Shown here: piece after piece, positions 23,097 to 33,252 of the stretch
Position numbering within the stretch: the stretch's first letter is position 1
How the letters are laid out: every line of letters starts with the position of its first letter
Source: a virus
Strand: one strand, 5' to 3'
Length of the DNA: 40,509 bases
Virus record (IMG/VR): IMGVR_UViG_3300006131_000033
Program-made: the position numbers and the translations under genes
Notes under the pieces: model-generated
The model's input: the letters and a program-made list of their open reading frames with translations, nothing else
What the model was told of the DNA's origin: nothing
The model's database searches: none

Positions 23097-23842
23097 CCCG
23101 TCACCTGCAAACAATCCGCAGAAGTCCACCCCAGTGCCCCGCCACTCTCGGTGGTAACATGGTATGGGTCAGCCCGGGATAGGTCTACGATACGGGACAC
23201 TTTCACCGTGCGGCCGTTACCGTTTCCGTAGCTCCCGCCGCCGTAACTGTCAGCGTAATAGCGGCCGTTTATGATGCAGAGGGAGCCGACAACGATTTGC
23301 CCCGGGGGAATGGTCCTTGTAGGCTCCACCGATGCCGCAAGGGGTACTTGCTCACTGTCCTCCTCCACCGGCTGAAACACCAGCTGCTGCGGAGCGTAAT
23401 CCCGATACTCCACGATTTCAAGTGTAAAGTAAAAATCGCCAGTCTCCCCGCCTCGCTCTTCAGTGTCAAATTGAGTAACCAGACATTGAAAACCCTTATC
23501 ATCTCCCCCGGAAAATGCTTCTCCGTTTTCATAGTAACGGATGGGGTGATAGACGATGATTTCCCGGTTCTTCATCGCCCCCTCGAAAAAGTCGATAAAT
23601 TCAGAGGGCGGGACAAAACCCCTTTGCCCTACAAGCATCCCAGAAAAGGGACGCCCGGGAAAGAACGAGGAAATAGACACTTTTCGCTGGTTAGGGATAC
23701 GGGGAATCATGATAGGACCTATCCCCATGACATTGTACTCCCCATTGCTCACCGACCGGGCAACCGGCAGCGTCTCGGGATTGACCGGGAGAAGATAGGA
23801 CGCCGCCCCCTCTTTTTGAAAGTAGATACCAAATCTTCCCAC
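23093..23842 (-). CDS. XkdP-position tail protein
   Basis: 249 aa, immediately after the tape measure gene. GTG start after GGAGGG. The C-terminus looks SH3-like rather than LysM. Confidence 0.55.
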   Translation of the reverse strand: MGRFGIYFQKEGAASYLLPVNPETLPVARSVSNGEYNVMGIGPIMIPRIPNQRKVSISSFFPGRPFSGMLVGQRGFVPPSEFIDFFEGAMKNREIIVYHPIRYYENGEAFSGGDDKGFQCLVTQFDTEERGGETGDFYFTLEIVEYRDYAPQQLVFQPVEEDSEQVPLAASVEPTRTIPPGQIVVGSLCIINGRYYADSYGGGSYGNGNGRTVKVSRIVDLSRADPYHVTTESGGALGWTSADCLQVTG

Positions 23843-23855
23843 GGTCGTCCCTCCT

Positions 23856-25652
23856 TTAAGGCATTGCGGTGGCCACAGTGGCTCCGCTGGATGTTTGCTC
23901 GATCAGGATCTCTGTGATGGCGTCCACAAGGGTCTGGAGATCTTCTTTGAAGTTCCCTGTGTTCTGTCCGTTCACCGTAATGACAGGCTGCTGTGTGGTC
24001 AGGTTGATCCGGTTGATATACTGCCTTTCAGCTATATCAACCAGTGACTTCAAATCCTCTTTGGTGCTGTCCACGGATTTTTTGATGGAGCTTGTGTCGC
24101 TTTTGATGGCCTTCAGCTGTACCGCTGTCAGACTGTCCAGCCCACCATTGGCCAGCTTGTTCCCCAGACTTCCGGCCGCACTTCCCCAAGATTCCATCGT
24201 AGTAGAGTAATCAATGTGGGCCATACGATCAAGAGTAATCTTTTTCTCTCCATAATTTTCATCGGCCCACGACTGTATTTTATTTCTGAGTGACGATAAA
24301 TTTCCAGCTATGTCGGTCTTGAATATAGCGTCAATGCCTTTTCCTATGGTCTCAAATATCCCAATCGCAAAATCAGCCATATCAGTAAGCAGATGGACAA
24401 TGGAACCAACAGGATCATTGAGGAAGTTAGCGAAAAACTCCGCAAAAGAAGCAAGGAGATTATAGGTATCGGCTACAAGGTTATAACCAAGAGCATAGAG
24501 CCACCCAGCACCTTTCCCTATGAAGGTGAAGATTTCTTCAGAGGTCACTCCCGCTTTCATAAGGCCTGTCACAAAGGCCGAAATCAGGCCTATTGTAACC
24601 ACAAGAGGGGCTGCCGCTAAAAGTTCCGCCCCGTGGACGACTATCATTTGTGCCGCAAAAAAGGCAGCGGCGGCGGCAGCAACGGTAAATACCTCGACGG
24701 CGTGATTGCCAAGAAAATCAATCAGCTTTGCTCCACCCTCCAACAATGCACCGATGGCCATACCAGCCAATTTGGCGGCGGTATCAAGTCCCCGAAAAAA
24801 ACGCTGCCCCGAGGACGAGTTCATAGCGGCATTGAGCTTCTCAACCCCACCCTGCATCCCAGCCATGGCATTGACCACTACCCGGGAGAAGGTGTCGTTC
24901 ACAGTTGTTCCCATTCCGGAAAACGCTCCGCCGATTTTGTCCGGTGCTCGTTCGATTGCGTCTGTGATATAGCGCAGAACACGGCGTACAGAAAACAGGG
25001 TAATGACCGTCCGAGTCAGGCGGTTGCTCAGCTTTTCCACCGGATTTGAGGTCTTATTGAATCCCATAAAGGCGGAAACCGCTCGTTTGGCCCAGCTCTC
25101 GGTTTTCTTGGTGCTCTGCGCAAGTCGTTCTTGCTCTTTTGCTGCTTTCTGCGCAGCTCTGGCTATTTTGTCTTGCTCTCTCTGCGCCGCAGCGGCGGCC
25201 TTGTTCCGTGCATTTATCTCTTTTTGCGCCGCATTAGCCGCCGTCTGGGCTGCTTTCATCTCGGCCGCAAGACGTTGTTCCGCCGCCCGTGCCTGCCGCT
25301 CGACGTCTTTTGCAAGATGGTCTCCAAACTTGCTCCTACCCAACGCATTTGCGGATATATCCCCGTTTTTTGCGAGGTCGGCGAGGGAGCTACGGGCCAG
25401 AAGGTCGAATCGTTCCGCCTCTGCCGTTGCGCTTGTGAACACCAGGCCGATACGGTCCATTTGCCTTGCGAGGCTATCCAGCGCCCTATCTCTTTGGGAG
25501 TCAGTAAACGCCTCTTTGGCTGTTTCGGCATAGACATCCAGTTTTCCGATAAGCCAGTCAGTGGCCGTAGCCGATTGCTCCATCTTTTTGACGTATCGGT
25601 CTACGCTGCTGTCATGGACCTGGACATTAATTTCCTGATTGATTGCCGGCAT
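23856..25652 (-). CDS. Tail tape measure protein
   Basis: 598 aa with a coiled-coil Ala/Gln/Lys-rich N-half and hydrophobic Gly/Ala-rich central segments. It follows the chaperone frameshift pair. Confidence 0.85.
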   Translation of the reverse strand: MPAINQEINVQVHDSSVDRYVKKMEQSATATDWLIGKLDVYAETAKEAFTDSQRDRALDSLARQMDRIGLVFTSATAEAERFDLLARSSLADLAKNGDISANALGRSKFGDHLAKDVERQARAAEQRLAAEMKAAQTAANAAQKEINARNKAAAAAQREQDKIARAAQKAAKEQERLAQSTKKTESWAKRAVSAFMGFNKTSNPVEKLSNRLTRTVITLFSVRRVLRYITDAIERAPDKIGGAFSGMGTTVNDTFSRVVVNAMAGMQGGVEKLNAAMNSSSGQRFFRGLDTAAKLAGMAIGALLEGGAKLIDFLGNHAVEVFTVAAAAAAFFAAQMIVVHGAELLAAAPLVVTIGLISAFVTGLMKAGVTSEEIFTFIGKGAGWLYALGYNLVADTYNLLASFAEFFANFLNDPVGSIVHLLTDMADFAIGIFETIGKGIDAIFKTDIAGNLSSLRNKIQSWADENYGEKKITLDRMAHIDYSTTMESWGSAAGSLGNKLANGGLDSLTAVQLKAIKSDTSSIKKSVDSTKEDLKSLVDIAERQYINRINLTTQQPVITVNGQNTGNFKEDLQTLVDAITEILIEQTSSGATVATAMP

Positions 25653-25656
25653 AATC

Positions 25657-25833
25657 TCACCCCTTTTGTGCCGTTTCCCGGGACTTTATCTCTTTGTGGA
25701 TCATCTCCGCCACCAGAATCTTTTCCCGCTCTGGTAATGCGTCATACTGTGAGGGGGACCAGCCCAGATTTACAAAGCAATAGTACGCAGCTATTGCGTC
25801 ACCGTCCGGGTCTGGCCCCGATATTAGTTTTTT
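25657..25833 (-). CDS. -1 frameshift extension of the tail assembly chaperone (gpT-like part)
   Basis: Slippery heptamer A_AAA_AAC (complement of 25827-25833) sits immediately before the chaperone stop. The -1 frame is open for 58 codons (..AAYYCFVNLGWSPSQYDALPEREKILVAEMIHKEIK..) and ends 5 nt before the tape measure ATG. Confidence 0.65.
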   Translation of the reverse strand, partial: KKLISGPDPDGDAIAAYYCFVNLGWSPSQYDALPEREKILVAEMIHKEIKSRETAQKG

Positions 25834-26234
25834 GCTTCTTGCTGGACGCCCTGGTCATCCATACCAGAAAGACGGCCGATAGCATCAGAAAGCGCCGCAT
25901 ACTCTCCGGCAAGAAGCATCTTACCGATAACCTGGTCCCCGGTCAAAACCCCATACGCTTCACAGAGGTCCGTAGCGGCAAAATCGGGCTGCACCGTGCC
26001 GGCAATGATAAGAGACTTGGTGAACGCATCAGCATCGAAATCGGTCACCGTATCCCCGGCCCGATTCCGATATGTCTTTGTGGCCTTCCTTTTGAGGGCA
26101 GCGGACTCTTCCTGCGAAACAGCCCGGATGATAAATGGGACAACGTTCCCCTCTTCGTCCTTGAAGCGCTGAGAGATAACGACCTCCTGATTTTCAGGGG
26201 TTTCGGGGTGAAGAAATGCGTGAAGTGTGGACAT
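25824..26234 (-). CDS. XkdN-like tail assembly chaperone
   Basis: 136 aa between the tube and tape measure genes. Pattern FIIRAVSQEE...AFTKSLIIAGTVQPDF. Confidence 0.75.
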   Translation of the reverse strand: MSTLHAFLHPETPENQEVVISQRFKDEEGNVVPFIIRAVSQEESAALKRKATKTYRNRAGDTVTDFDADAFTKSLIIAGTVQPDFAATDLCEAYGVLTGDQVIGKMLLAGEYAALSDAIGRLSGMDDQGVQQEAKN

Positions 26235-26255
26235 ATTCTACCTTCCTTTCTGTTA

Positions 26256-26735
26256 TCAGCCGTTCCCCAACTGAGCAGGGGGAGTAAAGCTGTCAATTCT
26301 CGCCACACGGGTCCAGGCAAAGTTGAAATCGTAGTTCAGCATTGCCTCCTCATCATTGAGGATGGAGATGGGGATCTCGCCTGTCAGGTGGCAGCCATAG
26401 TAGGCAGTAACCTCCTGTCCCAAGCTGGTGGCAGGGTCGTTGTTGGTGATTTGGATATCAAACTCAGGCATTACGCCGGTGTTGATATACTCCAGCACCA
26501 TATCACGGAAAATATCATCGCCGTAATAGATGTTGCCGGTGCCAGTCTGAGTTGCGCCGTTGTTCTTACTCTGGACCCGCCGGGTGCCCACCACCCGCAT
26601 ATCCTGCGACTGGATATTGGCAACGGTGCGGATATTCCGCATCCCGGCAATGACCACATTCCGGCCGCCCATAGTAATAACAACGCTTCCCTCTGCGCCG
26701 TTTACGGTATCTCTTGCGAGCAAATGTTCAGCCAT
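26256..26735 (-). CDS. Tail tube protein (XkdM-like)
   Basis: 159 aa following the sheath gene. Pattern GSVVITMGGRN...VTAYYGCHLTGEIP...FNFAW. Confidence 0.8.
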   Translation of the reverse strand: MAEHLLARDTVNGAEGSVVITMGGRNVVIAGMRNIRTVANIQSQDMRVVGTRRVQSKNNGATQTGTGNIYYGDDIFRDMVLEYINTGVMPEFDIQITNNDPATSLGQEVTAYYGCHLTGEIPISILNDEEAMLNYDFNFAWTRVARIDSFTPPAQLGNG

Positions 26736-26749
26736 TTATGTACCCTCCT

Positions 26750-28087
26750 TTACGAAACCTCAATGGTCATATAGATCTTCTCTGTGGCGTCCACTGCCTG
26801 GATGGCGATGGTAATGACGATAGCGTCAATATCCTCTCCTGGCTGGATGTCCACATCAGCAACATCAAAATTCTGGATGCCCTGATTGGCCTGAATGTCC
26901 AGCAGGTATCCCACAATGACGGCTTTAAACCGGCTGCGGCCCTGCTCGTTGTTGTTTATAACGCCAATGAAGCCCTGGGCGAACTGCTGATACAGGTCAT
27001 TGGCAATGGTATTGCAGAGCCGAATCACCCGGTTTTTCCGGTAGACCTTCCCGATGTCCTCGGTGTAGGTCACAAGGCTATTGATGTCCTGCTCCACCTT
27101 TACGGTACCGTTTTCGGCAAAAAGCACGAACTGCCCTTTATTCAGGGCGTCAATCGTGTCACTGTTGGTCAGAACAGGGGACACCGCCACCGCACCGGGA
27201 TAGGTCGCATAGGTCAGACTCTGGTTGTATGTAGCACCGGCCAGAGCACCGGCGGCCCACCACACCGTCTGAGATGCTGTCAGCTGTGTACCGTCGCCCA
27301 GGGTAACGCCGCTTTCCACATCCACAATAAAGCGACTGTCAGGCCCCGTTGCAAAGCCGGAGGCCACCAACTGGGTGTATGCCCCGCTCTCATCCGCAAT
27401 GCGCTTAACAAATGCGGACATGGCATCCAGAACAGTCGCATCACTGCCGTCATAGGCCAGCACATCAAATTTATAAGGCTCGATGGCCGAGAGAAAGGTG
27501 GAATAAGCGGCTGTAGACACCGTTCCGTCTGCACCACCGGTCAGGGCTACGCCGGTGTTTGCGGTAATATCGCCGGTACCGCTCCAGGTAACCCAGTTAT
27601 TTTCCCGAAGGTCGGAAATGGCCGTAATGCCGATTTGGGTGTCTACGATTTCACCGTCCACCGCTGTGGAAACGGTAAACGTGTTGTCGACCTCCTCGGT
27701 CACGATGACCGTGATATCGTTCCCCCGGGCACCGGGATATTTTGCGGAAAAGTTCAGGTCACCGATGGCGCCGGCCGCCTGTTCAGCTCCAGCACCAGAA
27801 GGACGATAGAAGAGGATCTTCACCGGTCCGTTGGTCCGGTTGGTCCCCTTGAACATCTCATTCAACCACCGATTTTTCTCACTGGTGATGTCGTAGCCGG
27901 TAATGGGCGTGACATCCTGCCCCGCCTCAATCTCGGTAACAACACCGACCGGTCCCCAGCTGATGGCTTTTGCGAAGGCCACCACGCCACGGGCCCCCAC
28001 ATTCAGACCGGACGCTTTGGCGGTCTTGAAGCGGATATACACACCGGGGCGGACTTTATTCTGACTGGTCCAGGTTCCACCTGCCAT
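26750..28087 (-). CDS. Tail sheath protein (XkdK-like)
   Basis: 445 aa. The MAGGTWTSQNKVRPGVYIRF N-terminus is typical of sheath proteins. Confidence 0.88.
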   Translation of the reverse strand: MAGGTWTSQNKVRPGVYIRFKTAKASGLNVGARGVVAFAKAISWGPVGVVTEIEAGQDVTPITGYDITSEKNRWLNEMFKGTNRTNGPVKILFYRPSGAGAEQAAGAIGDLNFSAKYPGARGNDITVIVTEEVDNTFTVSTAVDGEIVDTQIGITAISDLRENNWVTWSGTGDITANTGVALTGGADGTVSTAAYSTFLSAIEPYKFDVLAYDGSDATVLDAMSAFVKRIADESGAYTQLVASGFATGPDSRFIVDVESGVTLGDGTQLTASQTVWWAAGALAGATYNQSLTYATYPGAVAVSPVLTNSDTIDALNKGQFVLFAENGTVKVEQDINSLVTYTEDIGKVYRKNRVIRLCNTIANDLYQQFAQGFIGVINNNEQGRSRFKAVIVGYLLDIQANQGIQNFDVADVDIQPGEDIDAIVITIAIQAVDATEKIYMTIEVS

Positions 28088-28093
28088 GATAGA

Positions 28094-28294
28094 TCACTCC
28101 TTTTTGATGAAGTCGGCAATAACTTTGTCGGCCTCCAAAATTGTGTATTTCGGTTTTTTGAGAATCGTCCGAAGGAAGTCTTTCTGGACATGGGCGTATC
28201 GCCCACTCCGGATAAGCGCCTCGGGGGTGAATCTCTTTTTCTGTTTCGGCGTGATAACCTCTGCGGTCTCCACAGCCGATTTCGATTTAGCCAT
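28094..28294 (-). CDS. Small hypothetical structural-module protein
   Basis: 66-aa ORF tightly packed between tail completion genes. Confidence 0.5.
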   Translation of the reverse strand: MAKSKSAVETAEVITPKQKKRFTPEALIRSGRYAHVQKDFLRTILKKPKYTILEADKVIADFIKKE

Positions 28295-28754
28295 TCTGTT
28301 CAGCCTCCTTTACCTCGATCGTGAGGTTTGCACGCTTCATAAGTACAGCAGCTTCCTCCGGCGTTACCCGCACCCGGACCTCAAACTTATAATGCAGTGC
28401 GTCAAGGTCTATCGTCCAGCTACGGTCAAATGCCCGTATGACTTCTGTGCTGTCTCTCTTTTCGTCTGTATAGGGAAATGTCTCCATGACCAGATCCAGC
28501 GCCTCACCGGCACGCTGGTATTTCTGCTGAAGGTCTGTCAGGTTGTAATCCTCCAGATAGGTCAAATCAAGGCCCAACGTCCGAAGATAGTAGCCGTCCA
28601 ACTGCTTTTTAATGTTGCCATACCGCTGCTGGAGAAACATAGCCGGGGTTTCAGTGCCCTGCTGGTTTGGGTCCTCGTACATGGTCACGCCCGGCATAAC
28701 CGGCTCCAGGTAATCCGCAAGGGACCGGGCGAGCGTTGTAAGTGTAAAAATCAT
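28287..28754 (-). CDS. Putative tail completion/terminator protein
   Basis: 155 aa. The call rests on position between the HK97 gp10-like gene and the sheath gene. Confidence 0.5.
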   Translation of the reverse strand: MIFTLTTLARSLADYLEPVMPGVTMYEDPNQQGTETPAMFLQQRYGNIKKQLDGYYLRTLGLDLTYLEDYNLTDLQQKYQRAGEALDLVMETFPYTDEKRDSTEVIRAFDRSWTIDLDALHYKFEVRVRVTPEEAAVLMKRANLTIEVKEAEQNG

Positions 28755-29275
28755 TTCTCAAACAACTCCTTTACCCGCACCCCCAACTCGTCCTCCAGAG
28801 TCTCTGTGAATGCTTTAACGCCTTTGTCTACCATGAACTCACCCTTGACATAGGGTGTTTTCGTGCCCACCACGATACCCACATCGGCGTTGGGGTCATA
28901 GGACAACAATCCGCTTTCTGCGTCAATGTAGAGGCCGGGAACAAAGTGCCTGTCCATTCTGTGTCCGTCATTGACGTAGGAGGCGTACTGCAAATCACTT
29001 CTTAGGGCAGTATGGAAAATCTTCCCGCCAGATAACTCTACCCGGGTAGGTTCCACCACACTGTCACTGGCCCAGCTTTGCTTCAGTTTGCTGGTTATGG
29101 TATTCGGCCCGATGTATGGACCTCGGCCGGTTCCGTCTTTGGGTGGTGTCGCCTCAGTAGTGACTTCTACGGCTCGTATCGTAGCTTTTTTTACCGCTGC
29201 CGCCATAACCTCCGGGAAATCCTTCCGGGCTTTTTGCAGCTTTGTAAGATAGGGCCTAAAAGCGTTCGCCGCCAT
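28751..29275 (-). CDS. HK97 gp10-like head-tail/tail-completion protein
   Basis: 174 aa. LQYASYVNDGH is similar to the gp10-family motif. Confidence 0.6.
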   Translation of the reverse strand: MAANAFRPYLTKLQKARKDFPEVMAAAVKKATIRAVEVTTEATPPKDGTGRGPYIGPNTITSKLKQSWASDSVVEPTRVELSGGKIFHTALRSDLQYASYVNDGHRMDRHFVPGLYIDAESGLLSYDPNADVGIVVGTKTPYVKGEFMVDKGVKAFTETLEDELGVRVKELFEK

Positions 29276-29658
29276 TATTTCACCCTCTCCTCCTGCAATA
29301 GCGTTACTTCCTGATGGGCAAGCCCGGGGATAACCGCCCCGAAAGGTTCATAGTAGTAATTGGGTTCCCCGGCAAAGGCTCTAATGACTTCACGGGACTT
29401 TCCCAACACACCGCCGCGGGTAATCAACAGCTCGTCCCCCGCTTTGATATCGACATCGTTATCCGCCGCAAGTTTTTGGGTCTGATCTACCTTTGCTGCT
29501 GTGCGCTGCATAGAGATTCCGTGGTCATTCTCCCGGTAGATCCTGCAAGGAATATCTGCGGCAATCTCTGTCCGCTTCTGCGTAGTCAGATTGCCCTTTT
29601 TTACGGGTGTGACCCGGAAAATGGTGACGGTGTCTGTGTACCAATCAGCATAGTTCAC
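29275..29658 (-). CDS. Putative head-tail joining protein
   Basis: Start moved to GTG 29658 (GAGGGGG upstream). The call rests on position only. Confidence 0.45.
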   Translation of the reverse strand: MNYADWYTDTVTIFRVTPVKKGNLTTQKRTEIAADIPCRIYRENDHGISMQRTAAKVDQTQKLAADNDVDIKAGDELLITRGGVLGKSREVIRAFAGEPNYYYEPFGAVIPGLAHQEVTLLQEERVK

Positions 29659-29672
29659 ACTACCGCCCCCTC

Positions 29673-30191
29673 TCAGATAATTCCCATGCCGCCCATACCC
29701 ACAAGCCGGGCACGGGTGGCGAACTGCTGGCCGTAAGATGTGGCGTTGAAATCGCCCCACTCTTTCAGGGCTTCAGAAACAGCCCCAGTATCGTAGGAGA
29801 CCGAAGAATCCCCGAGTGTAGCACTCTTCACAACGCCAGAGACCGAACCGGTCGCCGCCGCCTGTGCGGGTGTCTGCGGATTTTCAGTGTAGTTCCGCAG
29901 ATACAGAGTCACATAGTGGGCCACATAAAGGCCGGCGGCATAACGCCATCCGTCCAGCCACCTGTTGGGCTGGACGGATGCGTTTGCCTGATTGATGATC
30001 TCATCGAGGACTGTCTGCGGCAGGAAGGGCGTGACGGTCGCCTCCCCGTCATCGTCAGTCACGGTTTTGAAAAATTGCGGGAAGTCTGCCTGGAACATGG
30101 AAGCTGTATAGTTCCCTTTCCCTCCGGCAATGTTCGCCGCTCTTTCCACAACTCCGTAAAATTGATTTTGTCCGTAGAAGTAAGGCATCAC
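29673..30191 (-). CDS. DUF4054-like head-tail connector protein
   Basis: FQADFPQF...WLDGWRYAAGLYVAHYVTLYL is a DUF4054-like pattern. Confidence 0.55.
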   Translation of the reverse strand: MMPYFYGQNQFYGVVERAANIAGGKGNYTASMFQADFPQFFKTVTDDDGEATVTPFLPQTVLDEIINQANASVQPNRWLDGWRYAAGLYVAHYVTLYLRNYTENPQTPAQAAATGSVSGVVKSATLGDSSVSYDTGAVSEALKEWGDFNATSYGQQFATRARLVGMGGMGII

Positions 30192-30206
30192 GCCATCCCT
30201 CCCTTC

Positions 30207-30458
30207 TTAATCCTTTTTAGCCCGGGTTCTCTTAACGGTCTTTTCCAGCTTCTCGCCGCTTTCCTCGTCAGCCGCAATGACCTCTTTATCCTTCTTCCCG
30301 GCGGGGATGGCGATCTTGCCGTCCTTCACCAGAGCGTTAAAATAAGGGGTATCGCAAAACCGCTCCGGAACCTCAACGAGAGAGCCGGCTTTGACCAGCA
30401 GAGAGGCATCGCCGTCCCTGCTGGTCAGAATGATATTCCGATGAGAGAGAATGAACAT
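30207..30458 (-). CDS. Small hypothetical head-module protein
   Basis: 83 aa. SD is GGGAGGGA. Confidence 0.55.
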   Translation of the reverse strand: MFILSHRNIILTSRDGDASLLVKAGSLVEVPERFCDTPYFNALVKDGKIAIPAGKKDKEVIAADEESGEKLEKTVKRTRAKKD

Positions 30459-30473
30459 TGTCAGTCCCTCCCC

Positions 30474-31505
30474 TTACACACCGTCCACATACAGAACGGT
30501 CTGGGGGTAGAACAGCTGCACCTGGGAGATGTTGGCCATATAGGCGGTGTCATAGCAAACCTCCGCAGCATTGGGAGAGGTCATGACCCGGGCCAGAGGC
30601 ACCAGCTCGTCCACCTTCACATAGCGGCGGTCGTTGATGTACACCACCATACGGTCAGTACCGCCCGTGCCGGCACCCTTCAGCCACCGGGTGGCGCCGA
30701 TGTAGAGAGAACCGCCGTTCTTTGCGGCGATGTTGTTCTTCAGCACATAGTCCATGATGCTCTCGGTCGCAAGGTCGGACACGGGGGTGTTGAGGATGTA
30801 TCCATACAGCTCATAAGGCAGCAGGATATGGTTGGGCATGGCGCTCATGTCATACTCCGCAGCAGCCCAGGCAGCGCCCAGAGCACTGTTGATGTCCTGG
30901 AGGATCTGGGCGGGGGTCTTGTCGGCCCATTTGGTGGAGGGGGCGGCGGCGCCGTTGCTGGCGGCCATGGTCTCCACCGCATCGGGGTCATTGATAAGGC
31001 CGGTGGTGCCGTACTCCTCCATACCCACATAGGCATTGGCGTCCATATGCTTATCGTAGGCCAGCCGGACACCCTGGGTCAGAAGCTGGTCCAGAGAGCG
31101 ACCAATAAAGTTACTCTTGGCCATGTCCACAAACATGACCCGCAAAGCGGCCGCAAACACATGAGCCTTGAACATGCCCTTATCCAGATTGGCCTGAACC
31201 ACGGGGATGTTATTGGCACCGCCGGCCGTCACGGGGCCATTCTGGGCGCCGTTGGTGAGGCCATAGGCCACAGACATGGCAGAGACATAGTCCACCCAGC
31301 CACCGCCCACATCCACGGGAATGTCCCGGGGATAGGTCACGCTGGTCAGGGGTTCCCGGATAAGGGTGTCCCGCTTCTCCAGCTCACTGGTGAGGAAGGC
31401 ACCGCCGGAAGCAATGCCGGCAGCGTCCAGCGTCATAGGACCTCCGGCTACGCCGGGGGTAGAAAAGACACCGCCGTTGGTGGTTCCCATATTCTTGAAA
31501 GCCAT
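30474..31505 (-). CDS. Major capsid protein (DUF2184-type)
   Basis: 343 aa with a strong SD (AAGGAGGTAAAAAACA). It follows the scaffold/protease and decoration-like genes. Confidence 0.8.
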   Translation of the reverse strand: MAFKNMGTTNGGVFSTPGVAGGPMTLDAAGIASGGAFLTSELEKRDTLIREPLTSVTYPRDIPVDVGGGWVDYVSAMSVAYGLTNGAQNGPVTAGGANNIPVVQANLDKGMFKAHVFAAALRVMFVDMAKSNFIGRSLDQLLTQGVRLAYDKHMDANAYVGMEEYGTTGLINDPDAVETMAASNGAAAPSTKWADKTPAQILQDINSALGAAWAAAEYDMSAMPNHILLPYELYGYILNTPVSDLATESIMDYVLKNNIAAKNGGSLYIGATRWLKGAGTGGTDRMVVYINDRRYVKVDELVPLARVMTSPNAAEVCYDTAYMANISQVQLFYPQTVLYVDGV

Positions 31506-31519
31506 TGTTTTTTACCTCC

Positions 31520-32041
31520 TTACGCTTTCTGTAGGGTCAGGATGCGGACGCAGGCAATGCCATTGGCGTCGGCGGGACCCTCGAACACACAGCCGGGCAG
31601 TTCGACCGTGTTGGCACCGTCAGCTTCTGCCTCGATACCACCAACGACAGCCGTAGGCATCGCATCGTTGACCGTCACCCGGACATAGACCTTCCCGCCC
31701 AAAGCAGGGGTTCCCTTCTGCACCTTCACATTGATGGCGCCCCGCATGAAGACGCTGGCCGCATCGTTGGGGGCGTACTGGCCGACGCCCTGCTCCAGAT
31801 AGTTGACGGAACTCTTGATTTCACGGGAAGCGAAGCCGACAAAATCGTCACCGGTGTCACCGGCGCCCATTGCGACTACATTCCCGTTGGTCCCGGCCTC
31901 GTATTTGACCGGGGTGCCGAAAACCAGAATGGCAGAACCGCCCACGGGGCGGGTCTTGACGATCATGTCCGGCTGGTAAGCGTAGGACCCCGCAAAGCCG
32001 TGGGGGAAATCCTTGCCGATGGTTTGGGTATAAAATCCCAT
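31520..32041 (-). CDS. Head decoration / cement-like protein (DUF2190-like)
   Basis: 173 aa, immediately upstream of the capsid gene. Confidence 0.45.
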   Translation of the reverse strand: MGFYTQTIGKDFPHGFAGSYAYQPDMIVKTRPVGGSAILVFGTPVKYEAGTNGNVVAMGAGDTGDDFVGFASREIKSSVNYLEQGVGQYAPNDAASVFMRGAINVKVQKGTPALGGKVYVRVTVNDAMPTAVVGGIEAEADGANTVELPGCVFEGPADANGIACVRILTLQKA

Positions 32042-32044
32042 GGT

Positions 32045-33247
32045 TTAGCCCTCCTTCTTCATGTGAGGGTTCCGGGCGTCATAGGCGCTCTGGGCACCCT
32101 CACAAATCTTATCGAAATTGGTCTTGGCCGCAGCATCTGCGGCCTTCCGAGCGGTCTCCTTTGTGGCCTTCTGGATATCGGACACGGGAGAAGCGCCACC
32201 ACGGACAGCCTCAATCAGAGCGTCCGTCACATGGCTCTTCACATCCTTGTCCTCGATCTGCGCCACGATGGGCCGCATCAGCCGAAGGATAGCGGCGGAA
32301 AGCTCCTTGTCAGGGTGTTCCTCCACCTTCTCCTCGATCACCTCAGAGGCGCCATCCTCGTCCTCACAGCCAGCATCTCCGCCGGTCAGCTTGGTCAGCT
32401 CCTCGTCAATGGCGGTCTCATCACTGGACTTCTTGGGGCCACCATGGCCATTGATGCGCTTCTCAATGATCTCGATACGCTCCAGAATCTTGTCCAGCTT
32501 GGTACCCATGTCGTCCCCTTTGGGGATACCCTCGTCATTGACCTCACCGCCCTTGGTGGGTTCCGCCTCCGGCGCCTTTACGGCGGGGTCAGCGTCCAGC
32601 ACCTTGGCAGTGCTCTCGGTCAGTTTTTCGAGTTCTTCGGGGGTGGCGTCCTTTGCCGCAATCCCAAAAAACTCCAGCAGTGCCTTAGTTGCGCTCATTT
32701 TGTGCGCTCCTTTCTGTGCCTCTGGGGCACTGTCTTTTATTGCGATCTCATGGCCGGCTCTGCCTCTCGGCACAACCGCTATGTGATTGCCTCTGATATT
32801 GGTCTGCTTGTAGCCGCCGTTCCCGTCCTGCACATAGTCGCAAATATAGCCACAAGAGACTTCACGCTTCACCCTGTTCTGCACTTCAGACGCAAGAACA
32901 GGGTCTTTAATCACCATATCGGCCACCAGCGTGTCACCCTCCCGGCGCACATTCTGCACATGACCTTTGGAGTAGGTGGCGAAGTTGGAGGCGTCAACGC
33001 CCTCCGTGGGATGGCCATCCGTCACATCCTTCCCCTCAAAGGAAGCCATGGCGACAGGAGAAAAGACATCCTCTTCCAGCCGCTCCACTTTGATTTGTGT
33101 CTCGGGATCTCCGTCCGTAATGCCCAACTCCCGGGCAAGGTAAATTTGCTTCCCAGTTCGGGCGATGGGCACATTTCGGCAGATAAGATAACCCTCCGGG
33201 GTTTCGCTGATGTTATCGCTGAGTTTAGAGCCAAAATAATAAATCAT
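32045..33247 (-). CDS. DUF2213-like prohead protease/scaffolding protein
   Basis: Start moved to ATG 33247 (AAGGAGG upstream). The N-half has a DUF2213-like pattern (SCGY, GNHIAVVPRGRAG). The C-half is acidic, helical and scaffold-like. Confidence 0.55.
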   Translation of the reverse strand: MIYYFGSKLSDNISETPEGYLICRNVPIARTGKQIYLARELGITDGDPETQIKVERLEEDVFSPVAMASFEGKDVTDGHPTEGVDASNFATYSKGHVQNVRREGDTLVADMVIKDPVLASEVQNRVKREVSCGYICDYVQDGNGGYKQTNIRGNHIAVVPRGRAGHEIAIKDSAPEAQKGAHKMSATKALLEFFGIAAKDATPEELEKLTESTAKVLDADPAVKAPEAEPTKGGEVNDEGIPKGDDMGTKLDKILERIEIIEKRINGHGGPKKSSDETAIDEELTKLTGGDAGCEDEDGASEVIEEKVEEHPDKELSAAILRLMRPIVAQIEDKDVKSHVTDALIEAVRGGASPVSDIQKATKETARKAADAAAKTNFDKICEGAQSAYDARNPHMKKEG

Positions 33248-33252
33248 GCCGG

